Of a stretch of DNA of 50,953 nucleotides, positions 9,569-18,061 are shown piece after piece. The stretch comes from an uncultured virus (IMG/VR IMGVR_UViG_2860317346_000001) (Duplodnaviria; Heunggongvirae; Uroviricota; Caudoviricetes), in IMG/VR virus record IMGVR_UViG_2860317346_000001, positions 124,001 to 174,953 of that record; one strand, written 5' to 3'. The notes beneath the pieces are model-generated. The model saw only the letters and a list, made by a program, of their open reading frames with translations, ran no database searches and was not told the DNA's origin. Made by a program: the position numbers and the translations under genes. Positions within the stretch are counted from its first letter, which is position 1; every line of letters starts with the position of its first letter.

Positions 9569-10138
9569 ATGAATGCAGAAAACGTAGTGTTAGGAGACTT
9601 ACCAACAGTGAGCGAAATGCTCTTCGGTGCAACAGCTACCGTGAAAGAAGACAGAGGTATCGTAGGACTCACTGAAGCGAACAGGAGATTCCAGTACGCC
9701 GTAAAAACAAGAATATTTACGAATGACAATTACTTCCAAGCAACAGCAGTAGGAGCGATTGAGAAACTCTTACCATTACCAGACGCAGCGCTCACACACA
9801 TGAAACACGTCGACTTAGTGACACTAGCATCGTACGCGGTGTTTGAAATCGCGAAAGCAAAAGCTACCGGAGCAGCGGAAATTGACATGGCGAACATCAA
9901 ATTACCGTTAGCTAACGTTGAAAAGGCTCAACCTATCATCTGTAAGTTAATGGAAATGGGAGTACAGCCAGCGGACATGATACCGGTGAACTTTATCAAT
10001 GCAATCAAGAACGCCGGATACAGTAACATGGTAACAGACCTCAAACTCGTGTTACCCGATGAAGGCGAACAACACAAACAGATTGCAGGTATGTTACAGG
10101 ATGCTTACAGAGCCTTGTTACCTAACGTAGTGTTCTAA
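9569..10138 (+). CDS. Hypothetical protein, paralogue of 27972-28499
   Basis: Shared EKLL/ML...MKHVD, GVxPxxMIP and C-terminal YxxxxPNxxF. Confidence 0.85.
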   Translation: MNAENVVLGDLPTVSEMLFGATATVKEDRGIVGLTEANRRFQYAVKTRIFTNDNYFQATAVGAIEKLLPLPDAALTHMKHVDLVTLASYAVFEIAKAKATGAAEIDMANIKLPLANVEKAQPIICKLMEMGVQPADMIPVNFINAIKNAGYSNMVTDLKLVLPDEGEQHKQIAGMLQDAYRALLPNVVF

Positions 10139-10333
10139 TACACTACGAATATTAACCTTTTTATACTATCCACGATTGTTTTCGTGGTATACAACGAAAC
10201 GACTTGAATAAATGATACGCAAATCAAATATGACCTCATATGTTAGATAACTAATAACATGACTATAATAAAGTGTAAAATTAAAAACAAAGCAAGTAAA
10301 ATCAAAATAATAATAATAATGTTAATTAGCGTA

Positions 10334-10746
10334 TCTACCGGTGCATAGCCGGTGTTCAAGGTAATGTACTCGCCGTTCCTCGCGGCATTCATTATCCCGG
10401 AACCTCTATCGCATCCCGCACATGCTATTTTAATCTTGAACACAACTGATTATAATACGTAGCGGTAGAGCAACATGTGGTTCCCAGCCACGTTCCGGGC
10501 CCTCATGACCCCGAACTGTACGTTTATGGATTATCAGATTATCAGATTATCAAACAAAATCCAAAATAAAATCGCAAAACAGTTTAGACCACTATTGAAT
10601 TACGACTTTAATCATTACAGGTACGTACGTGCTCGGTACCCAATCCGAGTTCGGGGACTTTGGTTATACTTATTTGGTCGGTGGGTAGCGTATAATCTCC
10701 AAACGCAAAGATTATCACCCCTCATGGTTAACACCGACACTTTTTT
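10334..10746 (+). ncRNA. Putative structured RNA region
   Basis: Long-range stems 10352-60/10435-43, 10509-17/10648-56, 10677-83/10732-38; GATTATCA x4; ends in a T-tract. Confidence 0.45.
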
Positions 10747-10783
10747 GTAACAAACTATACACGATAATACGAGATGATGAGAG

Positions 10784-11095
10784 ATGGATTTACAACGCGC
10801 TTTGGACTACCTCGCGGACATGGGCGAGGTAAGAATTCGTAAGGACCACTTAGGGCACCCGTACCATGTCAGGGTGCAGGACCCGAATGGTAACCTCGGT
10901 TATCACGACGGAGCAGATGATAACGTAGAAGACGCTATCAAAGATTGTCTCGGTAACATATACGAAGAATTAGACGACTACATCGAAGGGTACAAAGCCC
11001 AACAGGACGATGTTAACGCGGTACTTAACGCTAAAGGTGTACCTAAAACGAGAGTTATACCCTACAGCGTTAGGATACCACTGAAGAAAAAGTGA
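10784..11095 (+). CDS. Tandem paralogue 1 (HicB-N-like motif)
   Basis: YLADMGEVRI...GADDNVEDAI. Confidence 0.75.
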   Translation: MDLQRALDYLADMGEVRIRKDHLGHPYHVRVQDPNGNLGYHDGADDNVEDAIKDCLGNIYEELDDYIEGYKAQQDDVNAVLNAKGVPKTRVIPYSVRIPLKKK

Positions 11096-11099
11096 TATA

Positions 11100-11387
11100 A
11101 TGGAAGGAATGGAAGAACAACAAGAAATGGAGACGTTAGAGAAGATGATGACGTTCCTCGCGCAGTATGGTGGTATCGTAATCGATTACAACGCCAATAA
11201 GCTTGAAGCGTACAGGTACAAGATAACCACGACTGACCCGTTCGCTGCGAACAAGAAGCGAGTAGGTCAAGGTGCTACACTAAGAGAAGCATGTGAGCAC
11301 ATACTTACAGGGATACACAGTACGTATACATCCATTAGGGATAATACCTCTAACGTCGTGTCAAGAATAGAAGGTATGAAACAATGA
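11100..11387 (+). CDS. Tandem paralogue 2 (HicB-N-like motif)
   Basis: FLAQYGGIVI...GQGATLREA. Confidence 0.75.
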   Translation: MEGMEEQQEMETLEKMMTFLAQYGGIVIDYNANKLEAYRYKITTTDPFAANKKRVGQGATLREACEHILTGIHSTYTSIRDNTSNVVSRIEGMKQ

Positions 11388-11638
11388 ACGTAGAGAAGCT
11401 TATAGAACACCTTGCCCCTATCGGGCCTATCATCATCAAGCAAATGGGTGATGGTAACATACACGTAAACGTCGGCTCTGGTATAGAAAGTGTAGGCGGT
11501 GTAGGTAAGGGCCTTGTCTCGGCGTTACAAGATGTCAGTAGACGAGTAAGGAGAGAACACTTTGAAGCGGCTACCTCGCATAATGCTATGGTAAGCGGTA
11601 TAGACCAGTACGTTAACGAAGGTGAAGATGATGAATGA
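11384..11638 (+). CDS. Tandem paralogue 3
   Basis: HLAPIGPIII...GVGKGLVSA. Confidence 0.7.
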   Translation: MNVEKLIEHLAPIGPIIIKQMGDGNIHVNVGSGIESVGGVGKGLVSALQDVSRRVRREHFEAATSHNAMVSGIDQYVNEGEDDE

Positions 11639-11897
11639 AGACGAATATGTAAGTAAAGTGATGGGTTTCGCTGTAGGTAGCGGACAAGTCTCAGGTACCT
11701 GCGATAGTATATACGGTAAGTGGAAGTACACACTCACATGTAACGACGAAACACTTCACAAGGAACACATTGGTATTGCCGATACACTTGAGGGTGCCGC
11801 TGAGAAACTTACGGCTAACATAAAACAAGCATACGTGAACATTGAAAGTGTTTCACAAAAGCTTGTAGCAACGATTGATGACATAAATGCACAGTAA
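11631..11897 (+). CDS. Tandem paralogue 4
   Basis: GIADTLEGAA; GGTGA RBS. Confidence 0.7.
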   Translation: MNEDEYVSKVMGFAVGSGQVSGTCDSIYGKWKYTLTCNDETLHKEHIGIADTLEGAAEKLTANIKQAYVNIESVSQKLVATIDDINAQ

Positions 11898-12105
11898 ATC
11901 ACACTTGTCAGACGCTCTACAGTGAGGGTTGACATATGTGTACGTTCGTTTTAGAAGGTCTCACAACGATGACCACGACCAATATTATATTAACATGAAG
12001 ATGTATAATCATACGAAGTCTTACGACAAGGGGGTAGTGGTGTATATTCGTAATATCCGACACTATTACATCGTCGTTGTGACAGCGTAATGTAATGGTG
12101 ATGGG

Positions 12106-12333
12106 ATGTTCAACATAGTTTTCAGAAAAAAAGTATCATACGTACTCATGATACTTGCGATATGGTGTATCTGTATGTACTTACACCACGTTAATTTGAT
12201 AAATGGCGAGTACTATACGACACTATTAAACGGATACATTATAGTGATGGCTATGACCATGACATACAACGCGTATGAGTATGCTGTTGTTGTAGACGTT
12301 AACTCAAACTTGTCAAAACGGAAGAGGGATTAA
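12106..12333 (+). CDS. Small membrane protein
   Basis: Two hydrophobic segments, GGTGA RBS. Confidence 0.6.
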   Translation: MFNIVFRKKVSYVLMILAIWCICMYLHHVNLINGEYYTTLLNGYIIVMAMTMTYNAYEYAVVVDVNSNLSKRKRD

Positions 12334-12336
12334 TAT

Positions 12337-12537
12337 ATGGTTGAAGAACGAACGTGTGAAAACTGCAAACACTTTAGAGCGAAAAATAAGAAAGGTATGC
12401 CCGAAGGTATCAAATCCATAACGTTTTTACTCACAGCGTGGGTTATATCGGTTGCACAATACGGCTGGACCAGTTTGTGGGCTCTAACAATCCTCGCGTG
12501 TATAATTTTGGTGTTACACAAAGGTAATTTAGAATGA
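12337..12537 (+). CDS. Small membrane protein with CxxCxH
   Basis: CENCKHF plus two TM segments. Confidence 0.6.
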   Translation: MVEERTCENCKHFRAKNKKGMPEGIKSITFLLTAWVISVAQYGWTSLWALTILACIILVLHKGNLE

Positions 12538-12759
12538 ATTCGGCAGGTTTAACAATACTGTTAATACTTAGGGACATGATGTACCTATGTCTGTGGAATG
12601 TGGTGCTACATATGTCACTTAGGTACATACGTATGTGTCGACATGACTAGGGTAAGGTATATATACTCACCATTACCACCTCATACACAATTACAAAGTA
12701 CATCAAAACGTAGATGGACGTGCGAGACACGAGAATACGGTACTCTGTTCACCTAATTA

Positions 12760-13108
12760 AACGGAAAACCAGCTTGGCTATGCACCACGGGATGTCATAG
12801 TGTAGACGAGCAGCCTGTCGGGACCTCCCATCGGCTCGCAACATAGATTGCGTTGAGGATGACAACGGTCTAAGCCGGGGCTGTCGTAGATAGTTGAAAG
12901 CGGTAAACATACTTGAGGTTACGGTCGTTTCGAACTGTCGATTCGTAAGCTAGCACACTAGAAGTGTAGTGTTGTGTTAGTAACGCCGGGAATCAAGTGA
13001 TATCGATACAAACAAGCGAAATACCTGTTAACACTTTACCGAAACTCTAACAGGAAGCAAGCATCTAGTTTTATGTGATTAGCACATAAGATTAGAGTAT
13101 ATTTTTTT
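12760..13108 (+). ncRNA. Putative large structured RNA ending in a terminator hairpin
   Basis: No long ORF, GC-richer, several stems; 14-bp hairpin 13064-13096 followed by a T-tract. Confidence 0.5.
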
Positions 13109-13321
13109 TACGTTTTATATATAATTATAGCGCGAAGCGCCCAATGCGAGTGCAACGAGGTGTGAGTTGACGAACACCGAGTGGGCAACGCAACGAGTTA
13201 TTTAAAATATAATAATACAACGACAAACTTGGAGTAAAAAGAACTAAAGTTCCGTACGTATACCAACGAACACAACGTACGTCAAATTGCTCAGGAGTAT
13301 AAACTTTTTTCAGGTGTTTTT

Positions 13322-13762
13322 GTGAAGTGTCAAAAGTGCGGTAGCGATAGCTTTACTTACGGTTCGATGGAGCCGGAAGACGATTGTATCGTTCAATCGA
13401 TTGAATGTGACAATTGTAAAGAAGAATATACACTCGTAGCGTATCCTAATTGGCAGGTGGAAGGTCAAGAGAACTTTTTATTTAATGTATTCGCGAAAGC
13501 TGATATGGTTAGGGACGTACAACTAGCAACGTATTCACCGACGTGTCCTAATAATTGTGATACGTGTAAAAAGTATGTCTGTGAAAACTGGGTGGATATA
13601 CCGGATAATGATGTATTATTAGGTAAAGTCCGAGCGAAAAATGCGGACGAAGCGATTAAATTCTTCGTACAACAAGTCGGGATACACAACACCGACAACA
13701 TGTACGCTGAAATTGTAGATGAACAAGCTACAGAAATTTTTCAGAAACCGTCAGAACAATAA
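13322..13762 (+). CDS. Zn-ribbon / Cys-rich protein
   Basis: CQKC...CDNC; CPNNCDTCKKYVC. Confidence 0.75.
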   Translation: MKCQKCGSDSFTYGSMEPEDDCIVQSIECDNCKEEYTLVAYPNWQVEGQENFLFNVFAKADMVRDVQLATYSPTCPNNCDTCKKYVCENWVDIPDNDVLLGKVRAKNADEAIKFFVQQVGIHNTDNMYAEIVDEQATEIFQKPSEQ

Positions 13763-13815
13763 AATTTATTTACTATCTACAAAATGGAAAAAATAACAAC
13801 ACGTAAGGTGATTAG

Positions 13816-14445
13816 ATGGAACATATAGAAACTGTAAACTTAAGCGCTATGATGGGCGATGCTGAAGGTGAGACTGGTGATGTAAACGTACCTACAGCTG
13901 TACCTGAAGGTGAAAAAGCTGCGACAACTGGAACGGCTACACCAAGTATTTCACTTGAATCAACAAACGAAGCAACGAACTCGATTGATGAAAGTGTAGA
14001 GGAAAACGTAGAAGGCGAAATCGTTATTGAAGTTGTACCAGAAGATAAAGGTGAAGAAATCACCAACGGTGCCGAATACGGTGTAGTGGTTGGTGGTGAA
14101 GTGGTAGTTAAAGAAATTGACATCGACTGGCATGAATTCGGTATGCCGAACGCGGCTGTGAAAAGGATTATGAAGTCTGTATCTGACGATAAGAATATTT
14201 CAGCTGACGCGGTTGAAAAGATGAAATCGTTAGCAATCGAATACATTATGGGTGTTACAAAAGATGCGAACGCTAGGTGTGAAGCTAAGAAAAGAAAGAC
14301 CATTATGGACAGAGATATCGAAGATACAGCAAACGGTATGCTATCGGATAAACTCTTAAGTATGGCGAGTAAGTCCGTGAAAGTGGAACTACTAACTAAC
14401 GAATTCGTGAAAACGATAGCAACTGAAATTGCAAACGTACAATAA
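13816..14445 (+). CDS. Archaeal histone-fold protein with long acidic N-terminal extension
   Basis: MPNAAVKRIMK...ISADA...KRKTIMDRDIE aligns with HMf-type histones; fold starts near 14143. Confidence 0.85.
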   Translation: MEHIETVNLSAMMGDAEGETGDVNVPTAVPEGEKAATTGTATPSISLESTNEATNSIDESVEENVEGEIVIEVVPEDKGEEITNGAEYGVVVGGEVVVKEIDIDWHEFGMPNAAVKRIMKSVSDDKNISADAVEKMKSLAIEYIMGVTKDANARCEAKKRKTIMDRDIEDTANGMLSDKLLSMASKSVKVELLTNEFVKTIATEIANVQ

Positions 14446-14476
14446 TTAAAAGCTACACATTACGATTGGTGGTTTA

Positions 14477-14740
14477 ATGTCAAGATACAAATTCGATAAA
14501 CAACACGAAAAGTTTAATTTAACGATTCAAATTGTAGCACAAGCCATGGTAATCGTAATCGTAAACGTTATTTATTTTTACAACTTCATTTCGCTATTCC
14601 ACTTCATACTCGTTGTGAACGCTCTTATGGTAACGTGTGTTTTATCTGAAGTACTTAGTGCTAAAGCTATACTAAGGTTATACAATGCATGTGATATGGC
14701 AGTTGACCACATCGAAGAAATGAAGAGAAAAAGAACGTAA
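14477..14740 (+). CDS. Small membrane protein
   Basis: Two TM segments. Confidence 0.65.
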   Translation: MSRYKFDKQHEKFNLTIQIVAQAMVIVIVNVIYFYNFISLFHFILVVNALMVTCVLSEVLSAKAILRLYNACDMAVDHIEEMKRKRT

Positions 14741-14909
14741 ATGTAATAAAGTATATAAACTATCTACAACTTTTTTCACCTGTAAAACGTGTAAATGGGA
14801 AAATATGATTATAACAGCATTCATTGCCGATACGTTATGTATAATACCGTTCGTTGCATTTTTGCTGTTTATGTACATCCCATATTACGCGATGTATAGG
14901 TAAGGTAAT

Positions 14910-15401
14910 TTGGTAGCAATAAACTCGAAGTCTGTAGGCAATTTAGGTGAAGCTAAGGTGTTATGTAAGTTCGTTGAACTTCGTATACCCGTTTATGTAC
15001 CGTTTGGTGACAATGAAAAGGCTGACCTTGTCGCAGATTTCGGTGGTAAATTGCAGCGGATACAGGTTAAAACGTCTATCAAAGCCGAAGATGGTAAGAT
15101 GATATTTGACTTGACCTCAACGTTAACGAAGAATAAAAAGTATATAAGGCGTAAATACGAAGATGGTGAAATCGACTATTTCGCATTGTATAACGTTACA
15201 CGTGACAAAATTTACCTCGTACCATACAGTGAACCGAAAACTGTTATGTTTATTAGATACGAACAACCTAAGAACCGTCAATCAAAAAAGGTACACTTAG
15301 AAGAAGATTATCTGATAGATAACGTACTCGGAAAAATCGATGAAAATTACGTTACAATTAACGAATTCGTTAATTGTACAGTAGATGAGGTAGTTGCATG
15401 A
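14910..15401 (+). CDS. PD-(D/E)XK endonuclease (group I intron-associated / I-Ssp6803I-like), free-standing
   Basis: GNLGEAKV...PFGDNEKADLV...RIQVKT...Y..GEIDYFALY. Confidence 0.8.
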   Translation: MVAINSKSVGNLGEAKVLCKFVELRIPVYVPFGDNEKADLVADFGGKLQRIQVKTSIKAEDGKMIFDLTSTLTKNKKYIRRKYEDGEIDYFALYNVTRDKIYLVPYSEPKTVMFIRYEQPKNRQSKKVHLEEDYLIDNVLGKIDENYVTINEFVNCTVDEVVA

Positions 15402-15757
15402 ATTATTTTGCGTTGTTAAAAGGGATAAACGCTGCTTTAAAGAAAGGTACTGAGTTTTCGACGAAAATCGTGATGGTTATGATTTTCATGGCGGGTTTAA
15501 TTCTGTTTATGTTTAGTGGTAATATGCCACAAGCTATAATGCTCGTGCTAATGGAAATCGGTGACATTATATGTACTATTACCGTTACATTCATGATATT
15601 ATACTGTATCTGTGAAGGTGTCGAAATCGCTAAAGAAAGATACGACCAATACGTCGCTGAATTCAAAAAAGCAGATGAATGTACGTGTGATCGTGAATGT
15701 AAGTGTTTACCGGAACCAGAAGCAGTATCCGAAGAAATTAAAGCGCAGTCGGCGTGA
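15398..15757 (+). CDS. Membrane protein
   Basis: Two TM segments, Cys-rich tail. Confidence 0.7.
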   Translation: MNYFALLKGINAALKKGTEFSTKIVMVMIFMAGLILFMFSGNMPQAIMLVLMEIGDIICTITVTFMILYCICEGVEIAKERYDQYVAEFKKADECTCDRECKCLPEPEAVSEEIKAQSA

Positions 15758-15761
15758 TTAA

Positions 15762-16073
15762 ATGTATAAATGGTGTATACTAAGAGCGTTCAGTGACTTT
15801 ATTAACCGAGCGTATAACGCTACGGGTTTTTTAATAGTTATCTTTGGTTTGTGTATACTCATTGCGATATTTGCATTACCAAACGATAGCTCAACACTGA
15901 GTTTCATAATAAAAGCGGGTGAACGTCCAGCTGGTATATTGGGTTCAACGTTACTCGCATTAATGGGTATTAAAGTTTTGTTATTCGTATCAGGTTACCG
16001 AAAACGGATAGAATTAGCGTGTATGAATTGTTCACGAAACGCTAACTGTGACGATGACGTCTACTGTAAGTGA
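15762..16073 (+). CDS. Membrane protein
   Basis: Two TM segments, Cys-rich tail. Confidence 0.7.
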   Translation: MYKWCILRAFSDFINRAYNATGFLIVIFGLCILIAIFALPNDSSTLSFIIKAGERPAGILGSTLLALMGIKVLLFVSGYRKRIELACMNCSRNANCDDDVYCK

Positions 16074-16341
16074 TAACATGTTAACGATGTGGAACTGGCT
16101 AAATTTAGCAAGAAACGTACTGGGTTACATCCTCAGTATATTAACGGCTATAATCGTGTTTGTACTATGTATGATGCTGTTATACTTCAGTTTGACGTGG
16201 ACTCTAAATGACCCAGGTTACGAAATATGCTTCATGGCTATCAAAATGTGCTTACGTGCTATGATAGTGTTCGTGTGGCCGTACTTGATTTTACAATATT
16301 TCAGGAAACCTATCCTGAATAGATGTAAATCATCTATTTAA
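16048..16341 (+). CDS. Membrane protein
   Basis: Two TM segments. Confidence 0.65.
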   Translation: MTMTSTVSDNMLTMWNWLNLARNVLGYILSILTAIIVFVLCMMLLYFSLTWTLNDPGYEICFMAIKMCLRAMIVFVWPYLILQYFRKPILNRCKSSI

Positions 16342-16343
16342 TG

Positions 16344-16826
16344 TGACAACCAATATGCGTCAACGTAAGGTTTAGGTTAGATTTTCCTTACGGTGCTGCG
16401 GTTGTCAGGGATTTTTGATATGTTCGGTGTGAATAGGGTGAAGACGTTCCCAAACAACCCTATTCACACTTTTCGTGGCGACGCTTGGAGACGTCCAGTA
16501 TGTACAGTACATACAGTTGCCGCTACTTGGTCGTGTATTTACGACCCAGGTTGCCGGGTGTCCTGAAGTAAACACTCGTTATGGTAGGTTATGGTAAGTT
16601 CGGAACGTTCAAAGTCTTTGAGGACCTGTCCGGGGTTGGGTGGAGTAATTAACCACCCGTGACCTCGGCGACTTCCGGCACCTCATCATTAAATGCAGAG
16701 ACCTGTACCTCCGCTAAATAGTACAGGGTAATAGAGTGAACCCACGAGGATACGGTCAGAGATTGAATTGTATACTCGCTAGAGGAGTATTTTAGGGATT
16801 CATGATGCTCGATATAGCGTGGGTTC
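16344..16826 (+). ncRNA. Putative large structured RNA(s)
   Basis: Consecutive stems, e.g. 16344-51/16400-07, 16427-39/16457-69 (13 bp), 16738-46/16818-26. Confidence 0.55.
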
Positions 16827-16853
16827 GGCTATTTAACAATAGGTGTATAGTTA

Positions 16854-17000
16854 ATGACGTTTGGTATACTACCGAAAGATTACTCTGATGAAGAGAAAAA
16901 ACAAAAGTTAAAAAAGCAGAACGAAGAAGCTGCACACCGAAGACGACAGGCCATAGGTAACCCGTATGGTATGTTTGCATCAGTGATATGTACAGGATAA
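16854..17000 (+). CDS. 48-aa charged peptide ending SVICTG
   Basis: Translated by hand; AGGTG RBS. Confidence 0.7.
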   Translation: MTFGILPKDYSDEEKKQKLKKQNEEAAHRRRQAIGNPYGMFASVICTG

Positions 17001-17014
17001 ATTAGGTGATACAA

Positions 17015-17155
17015 ATGGGATATTCAGAAGAACACGACTACATCTCTAAACAGAGAGAAAAAATGAAAGCTAAAGAACAAGAACAGGAAGAATCAAGACA
17101 GCAAGCAGTACATAATGATTCAGCTGAATGTGCGTGTGTGATTTGTGTATGCTAG
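17015..17155 (+). CDS. 46-aa charged peptide ending CACVICVC
   Basis: Translated by hand; AGGTGAT RBS. Confidence 0.75.
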   Translation: MGYSEEHDYISKQREKMKAKEQEQEESRQQAVHNDSAECACVICVC

Positions 17156-17331
17156 ATGGAATCGTAAGTGACGCTGAAGTTCAAGCGGCAAAAGAAGCGG
17201 CTGAACAAAGACAACTCGAAGCTGAAGCTAGAGCTGCGAAAGAAGCAGCTAAACAAAGAGAGCAAGAAGCTAAACGAAAAAAAGATGCTGTAACGGATAC
17301 AGTACTAATGACTGTAATATGTGGTTGCTGA
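17149..17331 (+). CDS. ~60-aa helical peptide ending TVICGC
   Basis: EAAK-rich; overlaps the previous stop; its stop abuts tRNA-Asn. Confidence 0.7.
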   Translation: MLDGIVSDAEVQAAKEAAEQRQLEAEARAAKEAAKQREQEAKRKKDAVTDTVLMTVICGC

Positions 17332-17404
17332 GCTCCTGTGGCGCAGTAGGTAGCGCGTCGGACTGTTAATCCGAAGGTCGCAGGTTCGAGCCCTGCCGGG
17401 AGCG
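17332..17404 (+). tRNA. tRNA-Asn(GTT)
   Basis: Canonical cloverleaf; anticodon arm TCGGA-CTGTTAA-TCCGA. Confidence 0.95.
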
Positions 17405-17783
17405 CTTAAACACGGTCCGCAGTTAAGTTTGCGGAAATAGTAGGCATTTATCTCCAAAAAATGTTTTCTTAACTTCTTCTATAGGTAATATAACTCTAAA
17501 ATACTTTAATCTTGTTTCTCTCAAAATAACACATACAGCGGTACACACTGTAATGGGTGGGTGTACCGCCTATTAATTTAAGTCTGTTGACAAACATGTC
17601 ATATCATATCACTTCCAATCGTGTGGTTCTTTTTACCCGGTGAGACGGTTTTTGGACCACACATGAATATTTTTTATGGCGTTCGTAAAACGCACGGGTT
17701 TCTCTTTTTACCGTGCGTTTGCCGTCATGATACGATACTATTGAGAATGTATAAATACACCCGGTGTAACCCACCGGGGTTTT

Positions 17784-17854
17784 GATGACGTGGTCTAGTT
17801 AGGTTTGGGCTCCCGTGCGAACGGGGACAATGGGTTCGACTCCCATCGTTATCA
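17784..17854 (+). ncRNA. tRNA-like RNA with the anticodon loop replaced by a GCGA tetraloop
   Basis: Acceptor GATGACG/CGTTATC, T arm ATGGG-TTCGACT-CCCAT, stem CCCGT-GCGA-ACGGG. Confidence 0.75.
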
Positions 17855-18061
17855 CTGTTCTTTTCAGTTTATTGGGTCGGTTAATAAATTTAGACACCAA
17901 CGTGAGTCAAATCACGAGCCGACTGCGAAAACCACGACTTCGCAATACAAAATCGTGGCCGGAAATGGTGTTATTCACACTACCTTTCTGAAAGGTTTTG
18001 TTGTTTTGTCACGTTACAACTAAATGAAACGTGGTGGTGTCGAACATACCCTTTCCACCCT

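Noticed and set aside
12720..13300. Group II intron (GTGCG at ~12720) or RNase P RNA
   Set aside because: No domain V (AGC/CGC triad hairpin) and no RNase P P4 consensus found
17404..17445. Pistol or theta ribozyme after tRNA-Asn
   Set aside because: A hairpin plus AAATAG is present, but the downstream pseudoknot partner and catalytic core are missing
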